From Octopus bimaculoides (lineage: Eukaryota): a stretch of 64,000 nt of DNA. The stretch lies in NCBI RefSeq assembly GCF_001194135.2, contig NC_068989.1, forward strand, positions 19,388,468 to 19,452,467, given 5' to 3'. The notes under the pieces were generated by a model that saw nothing but the letters and a program-made list of their open reading frames with translations, ran no database searches and had not been told where the DNA came from. The number at the start of each line of letters is the position of its first letter. Position 1 is the first letter of the stretch. The translations under genes were made by a program, and so were the position numbers. This document shows positions 27,240 through 39,173 of the stretch, in pieces.

Positions 27240-28400
27240 AACTCTGCTTCCTTTTGGATTTTGCTGTACGGCGTCGTGTGCTTCCCGAGGAAAGCCTTCC
27301 ACTCTTAGGTCTGGTTGGTTGTGAACTCTCACCAATGCCTCTGTAACTTTGCTGCTTTATTTCATAAATATTTGCCATGAAGGCATTACAAAAAGGGGAC
27401 GAACAAGGACAGACAAACATAAAAGGGGTGAAGTAGCTGTGTCGATTAAATATTTACAATTTTAAATGTACAATAATAATTTGATTATATTTACAATGTT
27501 CGATTAAAGCATTGCTCATTACAGATGCAATTTGTAATGGCTTTCCTGAAGGATAGGCATCCGACCACCAGGGCAGACCCCTTGCTTTTTCTTTCCCTTG
27601 TTTTTGGCTTCCACTTACCTGGTGCCAAACACTCCCAGCTTCCTCGCCACAGGCTTCCATCTTCTCATGAATCTGTCTCGTGACAGATACCTCTTCTCCA
27701 GCCTGATCTTACTACTGAGGTGGTAACAAAAAAAGTTAACTAACCCCTGGCCAGATACAAAGGTATCCGTCACTATGCCTCTTACACGCGTCTTCCATAC
27801 TGTTTCTTTCAGTATGGCTACTACGCAGGAAAACTTAGCTGCTTGTTAGATAGGAATTGTTGGCTTTATGCAAACCTATTTTTACGTCTGGAAGAAGCGG
27901 TCCATGTTAGTCTGGCCTCTGTCCTTTGACTTGCCGCTCATGGGGAGCTCTACAAGAAGTTTGTGCTCTGCTGGCATTGCACAGGGTCATTAAGGCATAC
28001 GAGCCACCACACCGTAACAAAGACGGGACCTTATGGTAGCTGAAATGAATGGAACAATAATGATTTCATAGCATCACCAGTATTTGATGAGTCCGTGATT
28101 TCCTTTTCCATAGCCGACGCTATTACTGGACAGCTTCTGTCCATATGCTTGTTGAACGCGTCTCTCAATATGTCGCTGCAACAATCAATTGCGACAGATA
28201 TCAGCAGAACCATAGCTTTATTAAGTTAAGACTCTTCAACATGTCCACAATGAACATTCTGGGATCGATTTCCCGTGGTGCGTGGTCTTCCATGCTGTAC
28301 AGAAAGGGCTGTATCCTTAGTGCTAATATGATCATCTGGATATTCGCTACGAGCATAGTGGTGAGTAGCATCAATCAATCTAACATAATTGATGGTCATT
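27240..28400 (+). pseudogene. Possible class A GPCR pseudogene interrupted by the Tx1 LINE
   Basis: Fragments in different frames: ILLYGVVCF/LLGLVG (TM1-like), ISFSIADAITG (TM2), STMNIL..DRF (TM3), CILSANMIIWIFA (TM4). The spacing from D2.50 (28116) to R3.50 (28266) is 150 nt. Confidence 0.3.
27356..28020 (-). mobile_element. Tx1/L1-like non-LTR retrotransposon, ORF2 C-terminus plus 3' UTR
   Basis: Minus strand reads CVVAILKETVWKTRVRGIVTDTFVSGQGLVNFFCYHLSSKIRLEKRYLSRDRFMRRWKPVARK, typical of the Tx1-clade ORF2 tail. It is followed by a UTR ending atgaaataaa. The 5' boundary is approximate. Confidence 0.65.
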
Positions 28401-28529
28401 GAGGTTTTACAGAAAAAAAAACAGTGGAAGTATAAGGTCAGGTCAGATTTGCGTGAACAGAACCAACAAAAATGTAATAACAATATATGTGGCCTTAATA
28501 AGCATTAATCTTCCACGATGTCACTATAT

Positions 28530-28574
<45 letters not shown>

Positions 28575-28888
28575 NNNNNNNNNNNNNNNNNNNNNNNNNN
28601 NNNNNNNNNNNNNNNNNNNNNNNNNNNNNNNNNNNNNNNNNNNNNNNNNNNNNNNNNNNNNNNNNNNNNNNNNNNNNNNNNNNNNNNNNNNNNNNNNNNN
28701 NNNNNNNNNNNNNNNNNNNNNNNNNNNNNNNNNNNNNNNNNNNNNNNNNNNNNNNNNNNNNNNNNNNNNAGGTAATAATATTTACCATGACCAAACATGT
28801 TTTCACGGACGACTGGGAAAAAAGGGCACCACTGTCGCACGAAGTCAAGGCAATAACATACAAATATATACAAACATATCTTAAATAA

Positions 28889-29091
28889 TACAGTTCTATA
28901 TTTAAGAGATGAGGAATTAGTTACATTATTTACATTTGACGCATAATAATAACATCGAAAAATACCTTAGGAATGAGAACCCAGGTTCGAAATTTCCCCC
29001 AAGACACCTGATGAAGGCTGGAGGGTATACCAGCTGAAACGTTGTGTTAACAACAAACAAGATGAGGACAAATATCCGTCAAATGTAAATA
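28889..29091. mobile_element. Penelope-type pseudo-LTR fragment with a partly inverted structure
   Basis: 15-bp inverted repeat tatttacatttgacg (28927-28941) and cgtcaaatgtaaata (29077-29091). It contains a minimal hammerhead motif of the kind found in PLE pseudo-LTRs. Confidence 0.65.
29003..29048 (+). ncRNA. Minimal type I hammerhead ribozyme motif (PLE type)
   Basis: Stem I gacac/gtgtt; CTGATGA at 29008-29014; stem II ggctgg/ccagct with loop agggtata; GAAA at 29036-29039; loopless palindromic stem III AACGTT. Confidence 0.7.
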
Positions 29092-31835
29092 TCTTAACCA
29101 ACCTAAATTTTGCTTATGCCTAAACACTACTTAGCGCTAACATTTCCTATTCGTTTTAGTCAGTTGACTGCGGCCATGCTGGAGCAACGCCTTTTAGTCG
29201 AAGAAGTCGACCCCAGACTTATTCTTTGTAATCCTAGTACTTATTCTATCGGTTTGTTTTACCGAACCGCTAAGTTACGGGGACATCGGTTGTCAAGCGA
29301 AGGTGGTGGGGGGGGGGGACAAACACAGATAAACACACACACACATATATTTATATATACATACGACAGGCTTCTTTCAGTTTCCGTCTACCAAATCCAC
29401 TCACAAGGCTTTGGTCGCCTCGAGGCTATAGTACAAGACACTTGCCCAAAGTGCCACCCGGAACCATGTGGTTGGTAAGCAATAAATATGTGTGTGTGTG
29501 TGTGTGTTTGAAATAGCGGTGTAAGAGTGTACGTGATATACGCTCACGTGTATGCCACAATATATTAACGCTTATGTCGATCTATGTAAATTTATTTGGC
29601 TTCTCTGAAATATAAATATTAACAAATATTACAGACTTCATCTAGACATAAGGCGTGGCTTCTTTGCTCGTCATCAGCCTGAAGTAGCACGACCAATTCT
29701 CTTTATTACGATAATACATATCTGACATAGAGGGGACAATACAGGACACTAAGCTGGCTGAAGATGCCTGTCAACCTCTCACAAATATATATATTTCTAG
29801 TGAAAACGCATTCACTGATTACAAAAATTAGAAATGATCTAATTATAAATCTCACAGAGGGACTTAAGCAGCAGTGTTACGATAAAACAGTTGTATACCG
29901 TCAACTTAATGTGACAGTCCCAGAGATTTATAATTAGATCATTTCTAATATATATATATATANNNNNNNNNNNNNNNNNNNNNNNNNNNNNNNNNNNNNN
30001 NNNNNNNNNNNNNNNNNNNNNNNNNNNNNNNNNNNNNNNNNNNNNNNNNNNNNNNNNNNNNNNNNNNNNNNNNNNNNNNNNNNNNNNNNNNNNNNNNNNN
30101 NNNNNNNNNNNNNNNNNNNNNNNNNNNNNNNNNNNNNNNNNNNNNNNNNNNNNNNNNNNNNNNNNNNNNNNNNNNNNNNNNNNNNNNNNNNNNNNNNNNN
30201 NNNNNNNNNNNNNNNNNNNNNNNNNNNNNNNNNNNNNNNNNNNNNNNNNNNNNNNNNNNNNNNNNNNNNNNNNNNNNNNNNNNNNNNNNNNNNNNNNNNN
30301 NNNNNNNNNNNNNNNNNNNNNNNNNNNNNNNNNNNNNNNNNNNNNNNNNNNNNNNNNNNNNNNNNNNNNNNNNNNNNNNNNNNNNNNNNNNNNNNNNNNN
30401 NNNNNNNNNNNNNNNNNNNNNNNNNNNNNNNNNNNNNNNNNNNNNNNNNNNNNNNNNNNNNNNNNNNNNNNNNNNNNNNNNNNATGATATAATTAAACAG
30501 GGGATAACACACTTGACACCGAACAGCAGTAACTGTATTCAGCTGAATAGACGTCAGTGATTGGTTGAAATTACAGAAATACGACAACTTTAACATGAAA
30601 TAACTTGCGATGTACAATTTTTTGTTAAGAAGGTTAAGAGAAGTTGTTGTTTTATATGACACATTCTACCAGTGTCCCAAGTTTGAAAGTGTTTTGTTAA
30701 GAAAACAAATGTTGCCCGTCAAACCCCAAAGATCCCGTATGTATGTATGTATGTATGTATGTATGTATACACGCGCACGCACAGAGTAAAAATAAGAGAG
30801 ATAACTATAGGCTTTCTTTTAGCTCATTTACCTCAATCTGTTTTGTCTGAAACTCAAATGATATCCAAAGTGAGGTTAGGAAGGCAGCATGACTATCTAA
30901 TTTCGTAAACTAACCGCAATTCCGTCATTGCATCAGATGGCTTCTTCATATAGCATCTACCTTACTATTTCGTCATCAGTTCTTTCCTATTAGTTAGTTT
31001 CACTCACAGGAGTGCTACAGCCAGCAGGAGTTTCAGTGAAGGATATCAATCCCCAATACTGATTTTAGTCGGGTACACCTGATATTCATCTCTATATGCC
31101 GAACTGTTAAGTAAAAGGGACAGCTTAAATATACACAAATAAACTTCGATCTACCAGATAATACTCAAAAAGTAGCTTGCTTACCAACCACATGGTTCTG
31201 GGTTCAGTCCCACTGTGTGGCACCTTGGGCAAGTGTCTTCTACTATAGCTTCGGGCCGACCAAAGCCTTGTGAGTGGATTTGGTAGACGGAAACTGAAAG
31301 AAGCCCGTCGTATATATGTGTGTGTGTGTTTGTCCACCTAGCATTGCTTGACAACCTATGCTGGTGTGTTTATGTCCCCGTAACTTAGCGGTTCGGCAAA
31401 AGAGACCGACAGAATAAGTCCTGGGGTCGATTTGCTCGACTAAAGGCGCTGCTCCAGCATGGCCGCAGTCAAATGACTGAAACAAGTAAAAGACTAAAAG
31501 AATATCCTTTTCCTCCACCAGCTCAATTACTTGAGCTGGTGAACAAGCGCACTATTAGACCACTAGGTATGCTCAGACACCTGGTTAAGTTCTTGCTTTG
31601 GAAATCGGGATAGATAGAGCTTTTAAATATAACAGACCCTAAAATTTAAAAAATTGTGCATGTTCTCTGATATTGACTGGGTCATTATTATAATCGTTAA
31701 CTTTGGGTGTAACTTCTCGACAAAAGAGAATACTCATATCCCTGTCGGAGCAACCAGCGAATTCCCGCTGTTGTCTGTTTTTTAATTCGTAATCTGATGG
31801 GGACAATGTTCGCTGTTGTAACAGTTTATCTTGGG

Positions 31836-33039
31836 CAGTGGTGGTTCTCAACCAGAGTCCATATGTCCCTTGAGGGTCCATATAAGATTCTGTTGTTAAA
31901 AACTATGTGCAACAAATTGGTTATACTTCTACAGTGTTCAAAACATTTAGACAATTTTTTAATACAATTTCTAATAATATTTAATTCTAAAAACATAATC
32001 GTTTTTTTTTTAATATCGAATGTAGCTTCTCGACAAGAGAGAATACTTGTATCCTGACTGTCGGAGCAACCTAATGTATCTATGTTCTTGGAGATAGTGA
32101 CGATGTTGGCATTCCCGCTGATCTGTGTAAAATGTGTGCGTGTGTTTGTTTCGGTCTTTATTTCCATTTCAGCAGAAGGCCAATAATTTCCAATAAGGTC
32201 TCAGTTCCCTAGGTAAAGGACTACGTTTATTTCGGACATACAATGTCCTCAACCATTTTTGTTTTTTTTACCTATGGATCCCTTTGGTTTATATATTTCA
32301 CTTTCGATCCGACGGAAACATCTTTTAACATCCGAAGGCTGTAAGATGTCTAACTCGCGTACCACCTGTAGAATCCTCCATGTTCAGCTCCGCCGTGCTT
32401 ATCGCCAGACTAGTGGGTCAAATAATCGATTCAATGGCTAGTTGAAGGCTACTTTCAAGAGTAACATCAGCTCTTCAAAAGTGGAATAAATCGCTGCCAA
32501 GCGTTTCACTATGGCATTCTTGCATTCTCACTAACGGAGAAGAAATGCAAAACAATTACAACCAGGAGAAACGAGTAAAGAGACATGCTTGCAGATTCAA
32601 TACCCCCGTCTCTCCAACCAAATAGTCGCATATCTACAACCCCCAAGTTGAACATCGAAGAGTGAAATATATTGAAGAAGATGGCCGCTATTAAACTCGA
32701 TGGATTCAATCAGTTATTAGTGAGCAATAATGTAAATAAACCATTGTTTGTGATTGCTATAAAGACATTTGATTAATAAGACCTCCTTACAAGTAGGATT
32801 TGATTACTATTTTATTGATGTTTAAAAACTAGTTTTATAGAAACTTATTTCAAAATTAACTATGTAAAATGTTAGAGAAAAAAAACCTAGTTGTTTCTTG
32901 CAATACATACATCTACAGAAAATTTTTTTCAGGGGCCCTTAAAATACTACTGTAGGCAATTTACTATTTTGTTGCATGGACCCCCAAATATCTTATATGG
33001 ACCTTCAGGGGCGATATGGATCCTCGTAGAGAACCACTG
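31836..33039. mobile_element. hAT-like non-autonomous element with ~55-bp TIRs
   Basis: Left end cagtg(gtg)gttctcaaccagagtccatatgtcccttgagggtccatataagatt matches the reverse complement of the right end cagtggttctctacgaggatccatatcgcccctgaaggtccatataagat. A partial related copy lies at about 25170-25440. No clear 8-bp TSD. Confidence 0.6.
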
Positions 33040-36000
33040 ATTTAGATAGATGATCTCCCAATCATATACTAAAAATATGTACAAGGGACTTTTTGGCAAT
33101 AATTAGACAGGATTAAGTTGTTTTTTTTTTTGTTTTTTATACCGAAATATTTCCTTTTTATTCATGTGTATGTGAAAATATTTTTATAAAATTCGTGTCT
33201 GTAGCTCTATAGATTATTTTTTATTTCACTTTGACATAAAATGGGGTCAACTATACCACTTTGAAAGCTTTTGATGTATTTCAATAGAAATTGTTTTTTC
33301 ACGCGTATAAGTTCTTTTACACACACACACACAGGTGTATGACAACTTGGAATCAACACATTGGTATTTTAAGTAAAAAATCAAACCGATACATGGTAAA
33401 CAACCCCCTGTTACAAAGAGGAAAGAGAAAAAAAAGATAAACTTTCACTGTCTTCATCCCGTTTGACGCCTTGTAAACAGACTTTCAGGTTTTGAAAGAT
33501 GGTCAGTCTGTCACACACACACACACACTCTCTCTCTCTCTCACACACACACACGACTTCCTTTGCCAGCCCATTACACGCCACTAAGTACTTGAACAAA
33601 AAGATTAAAATATTTTAAGTGGACACGGTAAATGGATGGGCTTGGTTGCTTAACCTTTGTGATCTTCTTGTTGGCTCGGTTAGTAACGAAAGCGTGGGAG
33701 GGATGATGGCGACGGCGGTGGATCTCTCGGATGAAGTCTGTTTGACCATTGGTCAAATTTTTGATGAGTCATCACATTCATTTTATTCACTGGCGATAAT
33801 GAGTCTGTCAGCACGATTTTTTTTTCTTTTATTCTTTTATATATATATACTTTTTTTCGTCTTGTTCCGCATCCCGCTACCACACCCATATACCCCACAG
33901 AAAACTATTTTAATAACAACAATTAAGAAAAGAGGAGGGTTGATTAAAGACACAGAGAGAAAGAGAACGGAAAGGAAAGTGTGTGTGTGTGTGTGTGCGT
34001 GTGCATGCATTCTCAAGGTTGTCTTTACCAAGTCTATGGGGATTTGTTTTGAAGAGAATGATTTCAGCAGAGTTCTCTCTCTCTCTCTGCTGTGAATCCG
34101 GTTCTTGCTTTCATTGTTCAACCACTGAACTTACTTGTCCAGCTGCTTTCTCTTTCAAACTGTCCGGAACGCACTTAATGTTGGCTATCGTCGTCTTAAC
34201 TTGTGGCTGAGATCTGACGCCTATAATTTAAATACCCTTCGCAGCAGGCATAGTGATATGTGTGTCTATGTATGTATATATGTGTGTGTCTGTATATAAA
34301 TACACACACACTCACACATTATATATATATATATATACACACACACATACACACAGAAAGAGAGAACCTATTAAGCGCTACAGAACGACCTTGTTTTGAC
34401 ACTCAATCACTTTTGTCATTTGATCGACATTAAATTCTTCTACAACTTCCCTATTGGTACCAAACTGGATTTACCACGGTTAGCAAAAAAAAAAAAAAAA
34501 GATAAAGAGCAATAAAACTTTAGAATGTAAGCACAAAAGGGTAGCGAGCTGGCAGAATCGGTAGAGCGCCGGGAAAATGCTTTGCGAAGTTTCTTTAGTA
34601 TCTTTGCAATCTAAGTTCAAATCCCGCCGATGTCAAATTTGGCTCTCACCCCTTACGGGTCATCGTCATCATCAGTACCATCAGTTAACGTCCGTTTTCC
34701 ATGCTGGTATGAGTTAGNNNNNNNNNNNNNNNNNNNNNNNNNNNNNNNNNNNNNNNNNNNNNNNNNNNNNNNNNNNNNNNNNNNNNNNNNNNNNNNNNNN
34801 NNNNNNNNNNNNNNNNNNNNNNNNNNNNNNNNNNNNNNNNNNNNNNNNNNNNNNNNNNNNNNNNNNNNNNNNNNNNNNNNNNNNNNNNNNNNNNNNNNNN
34901 NNNNNNNNNNNNNNNNNNNNNNNNNNNNNNNNNNNNNNNNNNNNNNNNNNNNNNNNNNNNNNNNNNNNNNNNNNNNNNNNNNNNNNNNNNNNNNNNNNNN
35001 NNNNNNNNNNNNNNNNNNNNNNNNNNNNNNNNNNNNNNNNNNNNNNNNNNNNNNNNNNNNNNNNNNNNNNNNNNNNNNNNNNNNNNNNNNNNNNNNNNNN
35101 NNNNNNNNNNNNNNNNNNNNNNNNNNNNNNNNNNNNNNNNNNNNNNNNNNNNNNNNNNNNNNNNNNNNNNNNNNNNNNNNNNNNNNNNNNNNNNTATATA
35201 TATATATATATGTATGTGTGTGTCTGTTTGTACCCCCAACATCGCTTGTCAACCGATGCTGGTGTGTTTACGTCCCCGTAACTTAGCGGTTCGGCAAAAG
35301 AGACCGATAGAATAAGTACTAGGCATCCAAAGAATAAGACCTGGGGTCGATTTGCTCGACTAAAGGTGGTGCTCCAGCATGGCCACAGTCAAATGACTGA
35401 AGCAAGTAAAAGAGTATAGTGCTACGCAATGTAAACCATAAGTTTGCAACAGCAAATAGTTCTATGTTAGGTTACTCATGTTTAAGAGTATAAGTATCAA
35501 ACTATCGAGATGTAGACTTGTCTTATATGCACTTCACACCATGAATGCAGAGTTGAGATACGAACTTCTAAAAGGCGTCCCATGATTTTACTTAGCTTTT
35601 ACTCAGAATTTTGTGTATGTGCTGTCGGAGATACTTGAACCAATACGCGCGCTCAACACCATCCCTAAAATGGTTTGTAAGTGTAAGGAAACCTTTTAAT
35701 AAATAGCCCCGTAGGCAAATTATATTACAGGATAGCTTAGTCACTGGCTGTGAGAACTGATCCTGGACTCTGCTTGTCCAATTCGTTTGTCTATAAAGTA
35801 TAGGTAACTATAATGTAGGTACATCATGTAGGTGACTATAATGTAGCTCACCGTTTGTATTTCATTGCATTGCGGTACTGAGTTAAAGATCAAATATCCA
35901 AAAGAATGAAATGGGGTGAAAGTAAAAAAGAATTTTTAATTGAATCAATTAAAACGGTCAGTCTGATATCTGATTTGTGTGTTGAAATTGTGAAGAAATC

Positions 36001-38599
36001 TTGGTCAATAACTGACGAGGGATGAGTGTGTCCACGTCTGTCGTATTTTTTCCTGTTTTCCCTCAGTACCTTTGTCGTCTTCCTGTTTCACTTCCCGCGC
36101 GTGCACACACCTATATGTATGGTCTCTTCAGCAATGTGTAACTACACACGTGCTGTTGGCGATTTCTTTTCCTTCTTTTGACTTTTCCCTTTCACCGTTC
36201 CGACCAAGAGTTATGCTCGAAACGTCAAACTCTTCTCTCATTTTACCGAACGTCAACACACTACATTCCTTGTACATATCCTCTTGCTGTCCGTTAATTT
36301 TATTCGTTTATTTGAATTATATATATATANNNNNNNNNNNNNNNNNNNNNNNNNNNNNNNNNNNNNNNNNNNNNNNNNNNNNNNNNNNNNNNNNNNNNNN
36401 NNNNNNNNNTATTGTAACAAGCTGAGGAAAAGAAATCCTTCAAAGGGGCGTGTTAAAAATCCAACTCATAGTATTTAATGTAATATTGTAATATTAATAA
36501 AAGTAAATTATTGGGTTGTCAATAGTCTCTCTCTCTCTGTATGTATATATATACATATACATCACTGTTTTTTTTACCTTGATTAGTTGAAACCTGATCG
36601 CGGCAAACAAGCTGCTGGCTCTTCAGAGCTGTTCTAATTGACAGAAAACAACATCACAAACTGCTTCCGTAATGTGTTTCCACCAGCTTACATTATCTGA
36701 AATCTTTACTTGATTATCTGATATACTTTTAACATCATTATAAAAATATATTTGTTTACATCTGCCTCATGTTCGATGTTTGTTTACCACAAAGCCTGGC
36801 GAATCTTACGTGATACGGTTTCTGTTCTTTATGTCATCCACTAGATGGTAAAACATTTCCATACCGTCATTAGAGAGATACTGACTCAACAGTTCTCTGA
36901 TACGTAGACAATATAAACCCTTTAACATCCAGAAGAACTCTGTCAAATTTAACGTGTATTTATTCACATAGGCGCGGCTGTGTGGTCCTTGTTCGTCCCC
37001 TCTTTGTGGTCCTTGTTCGCCTTTATGGCAAATATTTATGAAATAAAGAAGCTTGCTTCTCTAGCACATGGTTCCGGGTTCAGTCCCACTGCGTGGCACC
37101 TTGGGCAAGTGTCTTCTACCAAAGCCTTGTGAATGGATTTAGTAGATGGAAACTGAAAGAAGTCCGTCGTGTATGTGTACCCACCACCACTTGACAATCG
37201 GCGCTGGCGTGTTTACATCCCCGTAAATTAGCGGTTCGGCAAAAAGAGACCGATTGAATAAGTACCAGTCTTTAAAAAGTATGTACTGTGGGTCGATACA
37301 TTCGACTAAAAATCCTTCGAGACGGCGCCCCAGAATGGCTGCAGTCTAATGACTGAAACAGTTAAAAATAGAAGTTAGCTTTGAATTATTTACATCACTG
37401 AAGTCTCGAAGGTATGTGTAGGAGGCAGGATCTGGCTGGTCGGAACACAAAACAAGGTAGAATATTTGCGCCGGATATGACCGGTTTAAAGAGATAAAAC
37501 CGCTTCGTTCGATTTTAACGTCTCTTAGAAAATAGTTAAAATTCATAAATGATTCGTCCAGCTGTTTAAAACATACATCCGTCGAGATCCTATTTAGTCT
37601 TTTGTCGGTTTGTTGTTTTTACTTGTTTAAAATGTCGAACTGCGGCCAGGCTGGTGAAATATTTAGTAAAACATTTCAACTCCAGTAGTTATTTTTTTCT
37701 TTATTTGGCACTTATTTATCGGTTTCTTGTACCGAATCGCTATGTTTCGAGTACGTAAAAGAACCAACAGGCGATGATGAGGGGATAAATACAAACACGA
37801 CACATACATATACGACGGGCTTCCACACAGTTTCCGTCAACCAAGGTACCGTAGAGTGGGACTGAACTAGAATCCATGTGGTTAGCAAAGCGAGTTTCTT
37901 AACCTCACAGCCATGCCTGTGCCTGAACCAAATTAAATTATTTCAATTTCTTGTAGTCTAAAAGAATCACAAGTACGTCATAGAGGGATCCCAGTTGCTC
38001 CGCAGATGAACGTCTTCAAGACACCGAATACACTTTACTGAGTATTTACATAACCGTAACTTGTTCTTAGATCTCAGGGTGACTCTGAATTCGTAATCGA
38101 ATTAAATAGTTCTGCTGTGACAAGGGTCGTCTTATCAGCATCACAGACCCCCAAGTAAATTTATAAACTGGGCGCTATAGTACCTGACAACAAGTCACAG
38201 CATTCATAGATCAGAACTGAGCCCGTAAACCAATGCACTAAGTCATATAGTATTTACTTATTAACAGCAATCCACGATATATTGGTCCCCTAGATCCGTA
38301 AGGACCTCAAGTAACTGGATATTTTGCCCATGACTTAAAGATGTAGTCACAGCCAGGTCCCATTTTACTAGTGAAGGCTTGGCCATATAGTTATAGTTAT
38401 ATTCGCTTTGCAACTTCGTGGTTTCGGGACCGATGCTGCTGTGCACCGCCTTCGGCGCGTATCTTCTTTCATAGCCATGAATTGACCAGTATTTTGTGAT
38501 TCGAATATGGTAGATGGAAACTGTACAAAAGCCTGTTTCTCAAACACACTTAATCGCTAAGTCCTCCACTGCTAACTGGACCACCAGCATGGTATATAG

Positions 38600-39170
38600 T
38601 TACTGTCTGATTTTTGTTATTATTGCGCCAGTAATGGTGGATGTCCTGTGAAGAGCTATAATTATGAAAATATTTCAATGTTTTTCTCGTAATGATATCT
38701 AATATGGATGGCAATGAATACTGCATTCCAAAAACTTCCAATTTGCGTCTATCTTCAGATTTTAGGATCGACGTTTCCGGGGCGTAGGCTGCGATTAGAA
38801 AAATAAAGGTATTGTTAAGCCTAAGTTTGAGTTGTGAGCTGAAGTCCCCCAATCCCACCTCCTGTTCTAGATCGTATTTCGAAGACTTCCAAACGTTGTA
38901 GATGCTAGTGAGTGAAAGCTGTCTTTTCACGTTCTCTAATCCATTTAGTTTTATTCTGTCGCGAAACACAAACGTCCTGACGTGTTCTGCTTTAGAACTA
39001 ACTAGTGTGAGTTTGATAATTTTTTTGCTGAATACATCAGCCATTGCTTTGTATTCGAGAGTATGACTTGAGAATAAAAGATATTTCGCTCTTTCATAGG
39101 CCCGTAGACCAAAGGTGCCGATTCTTCTATGCTCGCAGAATAGTGTTAATAGTATCGGTGTAAAGGATCT
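38600..39170 (-). mobile_element. RTE-clade LINE reverse transcriptase C-terminal fragment
   Basis: Within ORF 38550..39278: SIYNVWKSSK...QLKLRLNNTFIFLIAAYAPETSILKSEDRRKLEVFGM, which resembles the RTE/BovB motif IWKS..ISL.TK.RL...L.FPIA.Y..ETW.LK..DRRK..AFEM. Confidence 0.6.
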
Positions 39171-39173
39171 TGC

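Noticed and set aside
27614-27623. acttacctgg resembling the U1 snRNA 5' end
   Set aside because: Only about 10 nt match; it is the antisense of the Tx1 ORF stop region.
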